From: Armatimonadota bacterium
Lineage (GTDB): Bacteria > Sysuimicrobiota > Sysuimicrobiia > Sysuimicrobiales > Humicultoraceae
Direction of reading: 5' to 3'
Assembly: GCA_037446215.1 (NCBI GenBank)
Contig: JBBIJB010000009.1
Span: 15,701 to 53,662, forward strand
DNA: 37,962 bases
This document shows, piece by piece, positions 17,753-26,239 of this stretch; within the stretch, counting starts at the first letter, position 1; each line of letters begins with the position of its first letter. The translations under genes were made by a program, and so were the position numbers. The notes under the pieces were generated by a model that had not been told where the DNA came from, ran no database searches, and saw only the letters and a list, made by a program, of their open reading frames with translations.

Positions 17753-18562
17753 CTAGGCCCTGCGCGCTACTACCTGCATCCAGACTCGGGGAACCGCGCG
17801 CAGCCCCAGCTCCTCGAACGCCTGCCTGACCCCGATCTTGAGCGCCTCCATCCCGGGCTCCAGCGGCACGCCGGGCAGCGCCCCCTCGATGAACATAGAG
17901 AACTCGCTGATGTCCTCCCATGCCTCGCGCGGGAGCTCCTTCTGCTGGAACTCGATCTGGGGCTGCTCGAATCCGTGCTCGCGGAGGAGCCGGCGGTAGT
18001 CCTCCACCGACAGCCACTTCATCGCGGTGGCCTTCACGCCGCGGGCAACCTCGATGCCGCGCTCCCGCAGGTGGCGGACCGCGCGCAGCACCCACAGCCG
18101 GTAGAACCTCAGCGTGTCGTCGGCGTACGCCCCCTCGTAGAAGGTGGTGTTGAACGCGAAGACCCCGCCCGGCCGGAGCACCCTGCTGACCCCGGCCACC
18201 ACCCGCTCCTTGTCCTCCACCAGGTGGATGGCGTTGCAGAAGACCACCGCGTCGACCGCGGGGACGCTTCCGTTGATGCGCTCCGCGGTCCCCTGGATGA
18301 ACCTGACGATCGCGGACTGGATCCGGGCGGCCGCCTGCGCCAGGGCGGCGCGTGACGGATCGATGGCGAAGACGTGGCCGCTCGGCGGCACCCCCATCCG
18401 CTGGAGGATCAGCTCGGTTACCGCGCCCGGGCCGCAGCCGAGGTCCACCACGTCACTTCCAGGCCCTATTCCCGTGCGGGCGACGAGCCACGCGTTGATC
18501 TCCCTGAAGAACGGGTGGGCGGCGAACTTGGCAAACGAGAACCTGGACTCCGAGGTTTCCAT
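17753..18562 (-). CDS. Class I SAM-dependent methyltransferase
   Basis: VVDLGCGPG motif I, AIDPS, GTAE, RVLRPGGVF; ATG 18562 with upstream GAAGGTG. Confidence 0.85.
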   Translation of the reverse strand: METSESRFSFAKFAAHPFFREINAWLVARTGIGPGSDVVDLGCGPGAVTELILQRMGVPPSGHVFAIDPSRAALAQAAARIQSAIVRFIQGTAERINGSVPAVDAVVFCNAIHLVEDKERVVAGVSRVLRPGGVFAFNTTFYEGAYADDTLRFYRLWVLRAVRHLRERGIEVARGVKATAMKWLSVEDYRRLLREHGFEQPQIEFQQKELPREAWEDISEFSMFIEGALPGVPLEPGMEALKIGVRQAFEELGLRAVPRVWMQVVARRA

Positions 18563-18628
18563 ACGGTACACCTTCGGTATTTGGTTGTGCTGTCCAGAGG
18601 GAATTGGCCGGATGGGGCACAATCCCCT

Positions 18629-18637
18629 TGTTATAAT
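18629..18637 (+). promoter_or_regulatory. Extended -10 promoter (TGtTATAAT) for the aldehyde oxidoreductase
   Basis: Perfect TATAAT preceded by TGn, 42 nt upstream of ATG 18680, in GC-rich context. Confidence 0.6.
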
Positions 18638-18679
18638 CGGCGCGGAAGGGCCGCGATCCCAGCCGACGGAGGAGACGAC

Positions 18680-20521
18680 ATGTTCGGATGGACGGGCAAC
18701 ATCCTCAGGGTCGACCTGACGGCGAAGAGCTTCAAGGTGGAGACGTTCGACGAGGAGTTCGCGCACAAGTGGGTCGGCGGCCGGGGATTTGCCCTCAAGA
18801 CCCTCTGGGACGAGCTCGAGCCGGGGATCGATCCACTGGGCCCCGAGAACAAGTTCATCGTGGCCCTCGGCCCGATCGCGGGCATCCCGGCTCCCAACAC
18901 CGGCAAGACGGTAGTCGCGGCCAAGTCCCCCCTTACAGGCGGCTACGGAGACGGCAACCTGGGCTCCAGGGTCACCGAGCAGCTCCGCAAGGCGGGCTAC
19001 GACATGCTCATCGTCGAGGGCGTCGCGGCCGAGCCGACCCTCCTCTACATCGAGGACGACAGGGTGGAGTTCCTGCCGGCCGGCGAGGTCTGGGGGCAGG
19101 GGACCTACGCGACGAACGACTGGATCTACGAGCGGTACGGGAGGAGGGTCGGGGTCCTCAACATCGGTCAGGCAGGCGAGAACCTCAACCGGTACGCCGT
19201 CGTGCGCAGCCTGGAGGGGCGGGCAGGCGGGCGGCCCGGGATGGGCGCCGTGATGGGATCGAAGAAGCTCAAGGCGATAGTGGTCCGGGGGAGCAAGCCG
19301 ATTCCCCAGGCCGACCCGGAGGCGATGAAGAAGCTCGGCGCGGCCGATCTACGCAAGGTCCACGAGACCGACAAGGAGTCCGGCTGGTCGATCCAGGGCA
19401 CCACCGGCATCCTCGCCTGGTGCAACGTGGTGGCAGCGCTTCCGGTCCGGAACATGCGCAAGACCAGCCACCCCGAGGCCGGGCTGGTCGATGGAGAGCG
19501 GTTGAACGAGGCCCGGGTGGCCACCTACGGCTGCCCGACCTGCACGATGCACTGCGGCATAGCGATCCTCGACGGCGAGGGCCGCGAATCCGAGCTCGAC
19601 TACGAGAACATAGGCATGCTCGGCACCAACCTCGAGGTGTTCGACCTCAAGCAGGTGGGGTCTCTCAACTATATGTGCGACGACTACGGGCTGGACACGA
19701 TCTCCGTCGGAGGCGTGCTCGGGTTCTACGCAGACGCGATCAGCCGCGGGGCCGTCGCGGGCGACTTCAGGTTCGGGGACGGCGAGAGGGCCAAGGAGCT
19801 CCTCCGGCTCGCGGCTCTTCGGGAAGGCGAGCTGGGCGAGATGCTGGCCGAGGGGACGATGCGGATGGCAGAGATGATCGGCCAGGGCTCCGAGGCCTAC
19901 GCCATGCACGTCAAGGGCCTGGAGATCTCGGCCTACAACTGCAAGCTCTGCCCGGGCATGGCGCTCTCGTTCGGGACCAGCCCTATAGGCGCCCACCACA
20001 AGGAGTCGTGGGTAATCACCTTCGAGCTCAACCAGACCGTGCGGGACTCCTACGACCGCGCCAAGGCGGAGAAGGTGATCGAGCTGCAGCGGATCCGGGG
20101 AGGGCTGTTCGAGTACATCATCGCCTGTCGCTTCCCCTGGGTCGAGATCGGATGGGAACTGGAGCACTACCCGGTCTACTTCAACACCATCACCGGCCTC
20201 AACTGGACCCTGGAAGACTTCTGGAAGGTCGCAGATCGGATCTACGCGCTGATGAAGCTGTTCTGGCTTCGGGAGATGCCGGAGTGGGACAGGAAGATGG
20301 ACTACCCGCCCGCGGCCTGGTTCGACCCCGCGAACGCCGACGCGGATGGCCCGATCGCCGGCAGGGTCCTCGATCTGGACAAGTACGATGCCCTCCTCGA
20401 CCACTACTACGAACTGCGCGGCTGGGACGGGCGGGGCATGCCGACCCGCGGGACCGCCGCGGCCCTGGGCCTCGAGGAGGAGGCTCGGCGGGCAGAGGCG
20501 TTCGCGAAGCTGGAGGAGTAG
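18680..20521 (+). CDS. Tungsten-dependent aldehyde:ferredoxin oxidoreductase family protein, FOR-like
   Basis: MFGWTGNILRVDL start (SD GGAGGAG); KSPLTGGYGDGNLG, GRAGGRPGMGAVMGSKKLKA, CPTCTMHC, ELDYE, DDYGLDTIS, GAHHKE, ACRFPWVE, YYELRGWD. Confidence 0.93.
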   Translation: MFGWTGNILRVDLTAKSFKVETFDEEFAHKWVGGRGFALKTLWDELEPGIDPLGPENKFIVALGPIAGIPAPNTGKTVVAAKSPLTGGYGDGNLGSRVTEQLRKAGYDMLIVEGVAAEPTLLYIEDDRVEFLPAGEVWGQGTYATNDWIYERYGRRVGVLNIGQAGENLNRYAVVRSLEGRAGGRPGMGAVMGSKKLKAIVVRGSKPIPQADPEAMKKLGAADLRKVHETDKESGWSIQGTTGILAWCNVVAALPVRNMRKTSHPEAGLVDGERLNEARVATYGCPTCTMHCGIAILDGEGRESELDYENIGMLGTNLEVFDLKQVGSLNYMCDDYGLDTISVGGVLGFYADAISRGAVAGDFRFGDGERAKELLRLAALREGELGEMLAEGTMRMAEMIGQGSEAYAMHVKGLEISAYNCKLCPGMALSFGTSPIGAHHKESWVITFELNQTVRDSYDRAKAEKVIELQRIRGGLFEYIIACRFPWVEIGWELEHYPVYFNTITGLNWTLEDFWKVADRIYALMKLFWLREMPEWDRKMDYPPAAWFDPANADADGPIAGRVLDLDKYDALLDHYYELRGWDGRGMPTRGTAAALGLEEEARRAEAFAKLEE

Positions 20522-20547
20522 AGCGGGCGGGCTCGGGTGGTCTTCCG

Positions 20548-20775
20548 ATGAAGGTCACGGTCAAGCTGGTCGGGTCGCTGGTCCACTCCGTCGGTTTCAG
20601 CGAGCGGCTCTTCGAGCTCGCATCAGGCACGACGGTCGGCGAACTGCTCGAGATCGCGAGGATCGAGAAGTCGCCGCCCAAGGTGATCTCGCGCAACGGC
20701 CACGCCGTTGCTCCGGAGGAAAGGCTCGAGGACGGCGACCGAGTCGTCATCGCGCCCGTGTTCTCGGGCGGATAG
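20548..20775 (+). CDS. MoaD/ThiS-family sulfur carrier protein
   Basis: 75-aa ubiquitin-like protein ending LEDGDRVVIAPVFSGG, directly downstream of the AOR-family gene. Confidence 0.88.
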   Translation: MKVTVKLVGSLVHSVGFSERLFELASGTTVGELLEIARIEKSPPKVISRNGHAVAPEERLEDGDRVVIAPVFSGG

Positions 20776-20785
20776 GCGGCCCGTC

Positions 20786-22168
20786 CTAGCGCCAGCCCTC
20801 GCGGTGGATCACCTCGTGGGTCAGATTGCGGGAGCGCGCGGCCGCTTCCCCGTCGGGTGAGACCATCAACGTGCCGCCGCGGCCCTCGACCCTTCCCTCG
20901 GCGAGGACAACCTTCCCCCTGGCCAGCGACCAGGTGGCACGCCCGGCCTCGAGGTCGACGATCGTGACGTCGGCATCGGCGCCGATCCCGAGGTGACCCT
21001 TGTCCGGAAGGCCCAGCATGCGGGCCGGGTTGACCGCCGCCTTCGTGACGAAGTCGCGCAGGGTCCAGGCGCCCATCGCCACCAGCATCAGGCCGTGGCG
21101 AACCAGGAAGTTGCGCGGGATCGCGCCGCCGTCGGTGCTGAGCCCTCCCACCACGAACCCGCCGTCCCGCTTCGCCGTCGCCAGCAGGATCGCGGAGGGG
21201 ATGTGGTTGACCGGGAACGAGACGCCGGCATCGGTGCCCATCCGCAGCCAGGCCTCCATCCCAACGCGCGGCTCGGCGAGGATCACCAGGCCGCCCTCTA
21301 TGTGGTGGATCCTGGCGTAGCCGTCGCCAATGGCCGCCCGGAGCCCTTCCTCGCTCTCGTCATAGCCGCCCATCCGCAGGCAGGTCTTGGTGACGTCGCT
21401 CGATGGGCTGCCCCCCAAGCAGCGTGCCGAGGTGCCGTTGTAGACCGAGAGGTAGGACTCGCTCACCGCGGCCAGATTGGTGTCCAGGAGGTCGAGCGCC
21501 TCGAGGGCCTCGGCGGTCGGGTCGCCGGTGATCTGCCCGCGGCAGTAGGAGTTCACGTGGGCTATGTGGATCCGCCTGCCGTCGGCGAGCGCGAGCGCCT
21601 CGGCCAGCCCCCTGATGTTCGAACCGGTGCTCTTGCTTCCGACGTGGAACGCGACGTAGCAGCTCCGCGCCGTCGCCGCCGTCATCGCCCTCTCGGTTGC
21701 CTCCGGCGTCAGCGGGTAGTGCCCGCCCAGCAGCTTCACGCCTATGGCGCCTTCGCGAAGCGCCCCCCCGACCGCCTCCTCCAGCTCCGGCCCCGAGGGG
21801 TCATCCGTGGGCACGGTGCGGCCTGGGACGAGCGGATGGAGGAATGCCACGTTGAGTCCCGCGCCGCCGTCCTGCAGCGCGCCCGCGAGGTCGTCCACCC
21901 CCCCTGCCATGTCCAGCGCCGTGACCACGCCGGTCTGGGCCACCATCGTGTGCCCCTCGGCCCCTCCGAAGTGGCGCGAGAGGTGGGTGTGGCTGTCTAT
22001 GATCCCGGGCAGCACATACTGCCCGACGGCGTCGATGGTCCGCCGCGCGCCCGAGGTGACCGTGCCGATCTCGCACACCCTCCCGCCCGCCAGCGCCAGA
22101 TCCGCCTGCCGGTCCACTTCACCGACCGGATCCACCACGTGCCCGCCCCTGATCACCACGTCATGCAC
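20786..22168 (-). CDS. Amidohydrolase superfamily protein (dihydroorotase/D-aminoacylase-like)
   Basis: VVIRGGHVVDP, PGIIDSHTH (HxH), STDGG, NPARMLGL..KGHLGIGADADVT. GTG start 22168 with SD GAGGAGG. Confidence 0.87.
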   Translation of the reverse strand: MHDVVIRGGHVVDPVGEVDRQADLALAGGRVCEIGTVTSGARRTIDAVGQYVLPGIIDSHTHLSRHFGGAEGHTMVAQTGVVTALDMAGGVDDLAGALQDGGAGLNVAFLHPLVPGRTVPTDDPSGPELEEAVGGALREGAIGVKLLGGHYPLTPEATERAMTAATARSCYVAFHVGSKSTGSNIRGLAEALALADGRRIHIAHVNSYCRGQITGDPTAEALEALDLLDTNLAAVSESYLSVYNGTSARCLGGSPSSDVTKTCLRMGGYDESEEGLRAAIGDGYARIHHIEGGLVILAEPRVGMEAWLRMGTDAGVSFPVNHIPSAILLATAKRDGGFVVGGLSTDGGAIPRNFLVRHGLMLVAMGAWTLRDFVTKAAVNPARMLGLPDKGHLGIGADADVTIVDLEAGRATWSLARGKVVLAEGRVEGRGGTLMVSPDGEAAARSRNLTHEVIHREGWR

Positions 22169-22296
22169 GGCTCTGTCCGCCTCCTCGCGACCTCCGCGTG
22201 CCCCGCTTCCAGCGACAACGGGCGCGACGGCCCGTACCCGGTCACTTAGATTTGCCGGCGCGGGCCGGTTTCCCTGGAGCCCTCGAAAGAGCCCTC

Positions 22297-22305
22297 TGAT
22301 ATAAT
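22297..22305 (+). promoter_or_regulatory. Extended -10 promoter (TGaTATAAT) of tRNA-Ser
   Basis: TATAAT at 22300-22305, 7 nt before the mature tRNA 5' end. Confidence 0.65.
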
Positions 22306-22312
22306 CTGCGGC

Positions 22313-22401
22313 GGAGAGGTGGCTGAGCGGACGAAGGCGGCGGACTTGAAATCCGTTAGGGTGAATAGCCCTCGTGGGTTCGAATCCCACCCTCTCCGCC
22401 A
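22313..22401 (+). tRNA. tRNA-Ser (anticodon TGA)
   Basis: Acceptor GGAGAGG/CCTCTCC, anticodon arm GCGGA-CT-TGA-AA-TCCGT, long variable arm, GTGGG-TTCGAAT-CCCAC, discriminator G, encoded CCA. Confidence 0.97.
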
Positions 22402-22464
22402 AGCGGACCATCGTTCCTCTGCCCCGCGGAGGGTGGAGTTGATCGCCCTGCCGGTGAGCCCGCC

Positions 22465-23247
22465 GTGACGCTGCCTGACGTAGTGCCAGCTGCCTCCCTG
22501 GCGCTCGCCCTCTACATGCTGGCCTGGTTCGCCGTCTCCCTGGTGGCCAGGCGCAACGACGTGGCAGACATCGCCTGGGGCCCGGGGTTCGTGCTGGTGG
22601 GCGCGGTGGCGCTGCTGCACTCAGACAGGACGCCGCGCATGGTCGTCCTCCTCCTGCTCGTGGCCGTCTGGGGGGTTAGGCTGTCCGCCCACATCTACCT
22701 GAGGGGCCGCGGGAGGGGAGAGGACCCGCGCTACCGGAGGTGGCGTGAGGAGTGGGGCAGGTGGGTCTTCCTCCGCTCCTTCTTCCAGGTGTTCATGCTG
22801 CAGGGAGCGCTCATCCTCGTGGTGGCGGCGCCCCTCCTGGCCGTGAGCGCCCACGATGACGGCGGGTTCTCGCCCGCCAACGCCGTCGGGGTGGCCGTGT
22901 GGATCTTCGGCTTCCTCTTCGAGACGGTGGGCGACCTGCAGCTTGCGCGCTTTCTCGGGAGCCCCGACAACCGCGGGAAGGTGATGCAGAGAGGGTTGTG
23001 GCGCTACACGCGGCACCCCAACTACTTCGGCGAGGTAACCCTATGGTGGGGAGTCTTCCTCGTTGGGATCTCCGGCCGCCCCGAGTACCTGACCGCGCTC
23101 GTCGGACCGCTCACGATAACCTTCCTCATCCTTCGGGTCTCAGGCATACCTATGCTCGAGCGAAGGCGCGAGGGAGACCCGGAGTGGGAGGCCTACAGGC
23201 GGAGGACGTCCGCGTTCCTGCCACTGCCGCCGAGGAGGGAGCCCTGA
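22465..23247 (+). CDS. DUF1295 / steroid 5-alpha-reductase-like membrane protein
   Basis: DIAWG, EDPRY, ETVGDLQL, GLWRYTRHPNYFGE, SGIPMLE, YRRRTSAF. Confidence 0.9.
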   Translation: MTLPDVVPAASLALALYMLAWFAVSLVARRNDVADIAWGPGFVLVGAVALLHSDRTPRMVVLLLLVAVWGVRLSAHIYLRGRGRGEDPRYRRWREEWGRWVFLRSFFQVFMLQGALILVVAAPLLAVSAHDDGGFSPANAVGVAVWIFGFLFETVGDLQLARFLGSPDNRGKVMQRGLWRYTRHPNYFGEVTLWWGVFLVGISGRPEYLTALVGPLTITFLILRVSGIPMLERRREGDPEWEAYRRRTSAFLPLPPRREP

Positions 23248-23404
23248 TGACCATCCTGATCCACTACGTCGCTTTGACCTCACTTCGCTCGCGGTGATCC
23301 GCGACTGGCCGGTGAGAATCGTTCTCATCGACCTGGCGTGGGGCGCGGCGATCACCGGGATCACCGCCCTGGCCTCGGCGAAGATCCTGCGTCTGCTCGG
23401 TTGA
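23247..23404 (+). pseudogene. Internally deleted, frameshifted DUF2177-family membrane protein remnant
   Basis: ATG overlaps the DUF1295 stop (TGATG) and gives MTILIHYVA; a different frame then reads FDLTSLAVIRDWPVRIVLIDLAWGAAITGITALASAKILRLLG*, matching the DUF2177 C-terminal pattern YDLTN.A...WP......D..WG. Confidence 0.7.
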
Positions 23405-23422
23405 GGAAGGGCCGAGGGGCGG

Positions 23423-23779
23423 CTACGTCCCGTACTTGCTCGCGAAGTCGCTGACCACCGGGATCGTCAGGTGCTTCCCGTTGTAGGCCTGGATCGCGTA
23501 GTAGATGGACAGTATGAGCCAGGCGAGCCAGACGAGCGGCCCTATGAGGATGAAGAAGATCCAACCCAGGAACGGCACGTTCCCCAGGATGACGACAGCG
23601 AACCAGATGCAGAGCCAGGCCACGCTCCAGAACAGCGCGGTCCAGCCGTGGTGCCTCATGTACGGGTCTTTCTTGATGTCGGTGACGACGATGATCATGG
23701 CGATCACGAACGGCACCGGGTAGGCGAGCGCCGCGAGCAGCCGGTTGACGGGATCGGCCTCGGAAGGCTGCTGGTTCAC
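23423..23779 (-). CDS. Small membrane protein, DUF4870/Tic20-like
   Basis: LAALAY, KKDPYMRHH, VPFLGW, AYNGK..TIPVV. GTG start with SD GAGGGGG. Confidence 0.75.
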   Translation of the reverse strand: MNQQPSEADPVNRLLAALAYPVPFVIAMIIVVTDIKKDPYMRHHGWTALFWSVAWLCIWFAVVILGNVPFLGWIFFILIGPLVWLAWLILSIYYAIQAYNGKHLTIPVVSDFASKYGT

Positions 23780-23904
23780 GCTAATCCCCCCTCGAGAGCC
23801 CTGCGGCTGTGCAGATAGCGCCGGGGCCCTGGCTGTTTGTACGTTTCGGACGCGGGCGGTCCGTTCCTGCCCAAGCCACCGCGGCCCGCTCCCGCTCCGA
23901 CACG

Positions 23905-23910
23905 TATAAT
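23905..23910 (+). promoter_or_regulatory. -10 box TATAAT 8 nt before the PP-loop gene start (possible leaderless transcript)
   Basis: TATAAT-GAGGTAGC-ATG; no recognisable -35 box. Confidence 0.5.
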
Positions 23911-23918
23911 GAGGTAGC

Positions 23919-24893
23919 ATGGCAGACCCAAGGGATCCCCGCGCGGCGATAGACGCGATATCGGCCGAGATCCGCCAGGTGGCCCGCGGCGCTCCGGTCG
24001 CCGTGGCGTTCAGCGGCGGCCTGGACTCGTCGGTCGTGGGAGCGCTCGCCCGCGACGCGCTCGGCCCCGGCGCCGTGCTGCTGGTGACCGTAAACATGGG
24101 GCAGTACGCCTACCGGCGGGGGAACGAGATCGTCCTCGAGATGGCCGAGCAACTGGGCCTGAGGCAGCGCTGCCTGCTTGGAGCGGCGCGCCAGCACGAG
24201 GTCCAGCGGAACGGTCCCGCCTGCAACCGCTGCACCCGCGAGATCAAGCTGGGAATGGTCGCCGCTGCCGCGCCGGGGCGCCTGGTCCTGACAGGCTCCA
24301 ACAGGAGTGACACCTGGGGCAAGATCGGCGTCAAGATCAACGCGGGGATCTACTCGCCTCTGTTCGAGATGGACAAGCCCGAGATCCGCCTAGTCGCCGA
24401 CCAACTCGGGCTGCGAGTGCCGCGCATCGGGGAGCACTGGGTCCGCGAAGGGTGCAAGCTCAAGCACCTGCTCAAGCCGCTCGTCAACCCCGCCTACCAC
24501 GGGGCGGCGGTGGCCCAGGCGAACGAGGCGCTCTTGGAGGTTCTTGCCTCCGCCGGCTTCGAAGCCGATCTGGCCAACGTCAAGATAGTCGGTCCGCTGC
24601 GCCGGAACATCGGTCTGGTCAACGTGCGCCCGGCGCTGCCAGCGCGGATCGCAGCGGGGGTGATGGCGGCACTGGGCGACGTTTCCTCCCTTGACGAGGT
24701 GCGCCTGGTCGAGGGGCCTCTCCTGCTGCGCATCAGGTCCGGCCCTGCGCTCTCGGGCGACGCCAACGGCCGCCACTGGGTAGAGCACGGCAGGCTCGCG
24801 CCCGACTTCGCCCATCCGATCGAGGCCGACTGGGTGCCGAGCCGGGACGGCCGCCTTCACACCTTTCATGTTCTGGACGCCCTGCCGGCCTAG
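23919..24893 (+). CDS. PP-loop ATP pyrophosphatase, divergent LarE-like (function unknown)
   Basis: AFSGGLDSS PP-loop, CNRC, TGSNRSD, SPL..MDKPEIR..A..LGL, GCKLKH. Confidence 0.75.
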   Translation: MADPRDPRAAIDAISAEIRQVARGAPVAVAFSGGLDSSVVGALARDALGPGAVLLVTVNMGQYAYRRGNEIVLEMAEQLGLRQRCLLGAARQHEVQRNGPACNRCTREIKLGMVAAAAPGRLVLTGSNRSDTWGKIGVKINAGIYSPLFEMDKPEIRLVADQLGLRVPRIGEHWVREGCKLKHLLKPLVNPAYHGAAVAQANEALLEVLASAGFEADLANVKIVGPLRRNIGLVNVRPALPARIAAGVMAALGDVSSLDEVRLVEGPLLLRIRSGPALSGDANGRHWVEHGRLAPDFAHPIEADWVPSRDGRLHTFHVLDALPA

Positions 24894-24943
24894 CCGGCGC
24901 CGTGGGAAGGACTCCAAGCCGGGTCGCCCGAACGTGGCTGACA

Positions 24944-26239
24944 ATGATTAGAGTCGTGTCGCGCCGCGCCCCCGCAACTCCCGCCCGATGGTCGGTCGCC
25001 CTGCTGGCCGCCGCCCTGATTGTCCTTGCCGGCATTCCTGCCGCCTTGGCCGCGCCTGGCGCCCCTGCCGTGACGATCGAGTTCTGGACGATCTCACTGC
25101 AGCCGTTCTTCAACGACTACGTCAACGGGCTGATCGCCTCGTACACCCGCGCCAACCCCGGCGTCCGGGTGCGGTGGGTGGACGTGCAGTTCGCCGCGGT
25201 CGAGCAGAAGCTGCTCGCGGCGCTCGCGGGCGGCGTTCCCCCGGATGTGGTCAACCTCAACACCGAGATGACGATCCGGCTGGCGGGGCGCGGGGCGCTG
25301 GTGGACATGGAGGGCGCCGTGCCCCCCCAGGTGCGCTCGCGCTACTTCGACGGGCTGTGGGGGTCCACCAAAGTCGGGGGCCGCGCCTACGGCCTCCCCT
25401 GGTACGTCGTGCCCAACGTGATCGCCTACAACTCGGCGATCTACAGGCAGGCGGGACTGAATCCCAGCGAGCCTGCCAAGAGCGAGAAGGAGATGATCCG
25501 GCAGGCGCGGACGATACGCGACCGCGCGGGCATCTACGGCTTCATGCCCAACGTGGACGGGGTCCGGATGCTGCACCGCTTCCAGGAGGCCGGCCTCCCG
25601 GTGCTGAGCCCCGACGGGAAGAGGGCCGTGTTCAACTCCCCCGAGCACGTCCGCTACCTGACGCAGTACGTGGATCTCTTCAAGGAGGGCTACTTCCCCG
25701 AGGACACGCTGCGCCGGGGCTACGTCGGCGCCACCGAGCGCTACAGCGCCGGGCAGCTCGGCATGCTGATCACCGGCCCGCAGTTCCTCCTCCGCGTCAA
25801 GAGCGACAACCCCGAGGTCTACGCGCGGACCTTCGTGGCGGCCTACCCCAAAGGCGGGGGCAACACCCTGCACCTTGCGACGATGACCGTGGCCGTGCCC
25901 AAGGCCAGCCGCAGCCCGGCCCAGGCCGTGGAGTTCGCCCTCTTCGTGACGAGCGACGAGAGCCAGCTCGAGTTCAGCAGGCAGGTCGTCGTCTTCCCGT
26001 CGACCCGGAAGGCGGCCGCGGATCCGTTCTTTCGCAGGGGAGGGGCAGGCCCGGAGGACGTCGCCCGCAAGGTGGCCGCCGCCGATCTGGCGCTGGCCCG
26101 CGATCTCACGGTAGTGGTCCCGGACTCGGGCGACCTGTTCAGGATCTTCCGAGAGGCGATAGAGAGCGCGTTCTACGGCAAGCGCACCCCCAAGGAGGCC
26201 CTGGACTGGGCGGTCCGGCAGTGGAACGCGCGGTTGTAG
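24944..26239 (+). CDS. Sugar ABC transporter substrate-binding protein (CUT1)
   Basis: Signal peptide, TIEFWT, PPDVVNLN, YGLPWY, AYN..IY..AGL. Start uncertain (24902/24944/24956). Confidence 0.9.
   Translation: MIRVVSRRAPATPARWSVALLAAALIVLAGIPAALAAPGAPAVTIEFWTISLQPFFNDYVNGLIASYTRANPGVRVRWVDVQFAAVEQKLLAALAGGVPPDVVNLNTEMTIRLAGRGALVDMEGAVPPQVRSRYFDGLWGSTKVGGRAYGLPWYVVPNVIAYNSAIYRQAGLNPSEPAKSEKEMIRQARTIRDRAGIYGFMPNVDGVRMLHRFQEAGLPVLSPDGKRAVFNSPEHVRYLTQYVDLFKEGYFPEDTLRRGYVGATERYSAGQLGMLITGPQFLLRVKSDNPEVYARTFVAAYPKGGGNTLHLATMTVAVPKASRSPAQAVEFALFVTSDESQLEFSRQVVVFPSTRKAAADPFFRRGGAGPEDVARKVAAADLALARDLTVVVPDSGDLFRIFREAIESAFYGKRTPKEALDWAVRQWNARL

Noticed and set aside
22313-22401. Possible tRNA-Sec or opal suppressor (TGA in the anticodon loop, long variable arm)
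   Set aside because: Anticodon TGA reads the Ser codon UCA. tRNA-Sec needs anticodon TCA and an 8-bp acceptor stem; this one has 7 bp.
22169-22411. N-terminal extension of the amidohydrolase ORF (MVRLAERVGFEPTR...)
   Set aside because: It is the antisense translation of tRNA-Ser; the real start is GTG 22168 with a strong SD.
22415-22431. Hairpin CCTCTGC-CCC-GCGGAGG after tRNA-Ser as an intrinsic terminator
   Set aside because: No U-tract follows, so it cannot be supported as a terminator.
23919-24893. Calling the PP-loop protein QueC because queG is in the same run
   Set aside because: It lacks the QueC C-terminal zinc cluster (C-x8-CxxCxxC) and the YPDC motif; the motif order fits LarE-like proteins better.
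24988-26220. Long Arg/Gly-rich N-terminal extension of the 1144-aa ORF (likewise the 695-, 529- and 475-aa ORFs and the 466-aa ORF at 28062)
   Set aside because: Alternate-frame read-through over real upstream genes, expected in high-GC DNA with few stop codons; no domain-like content.
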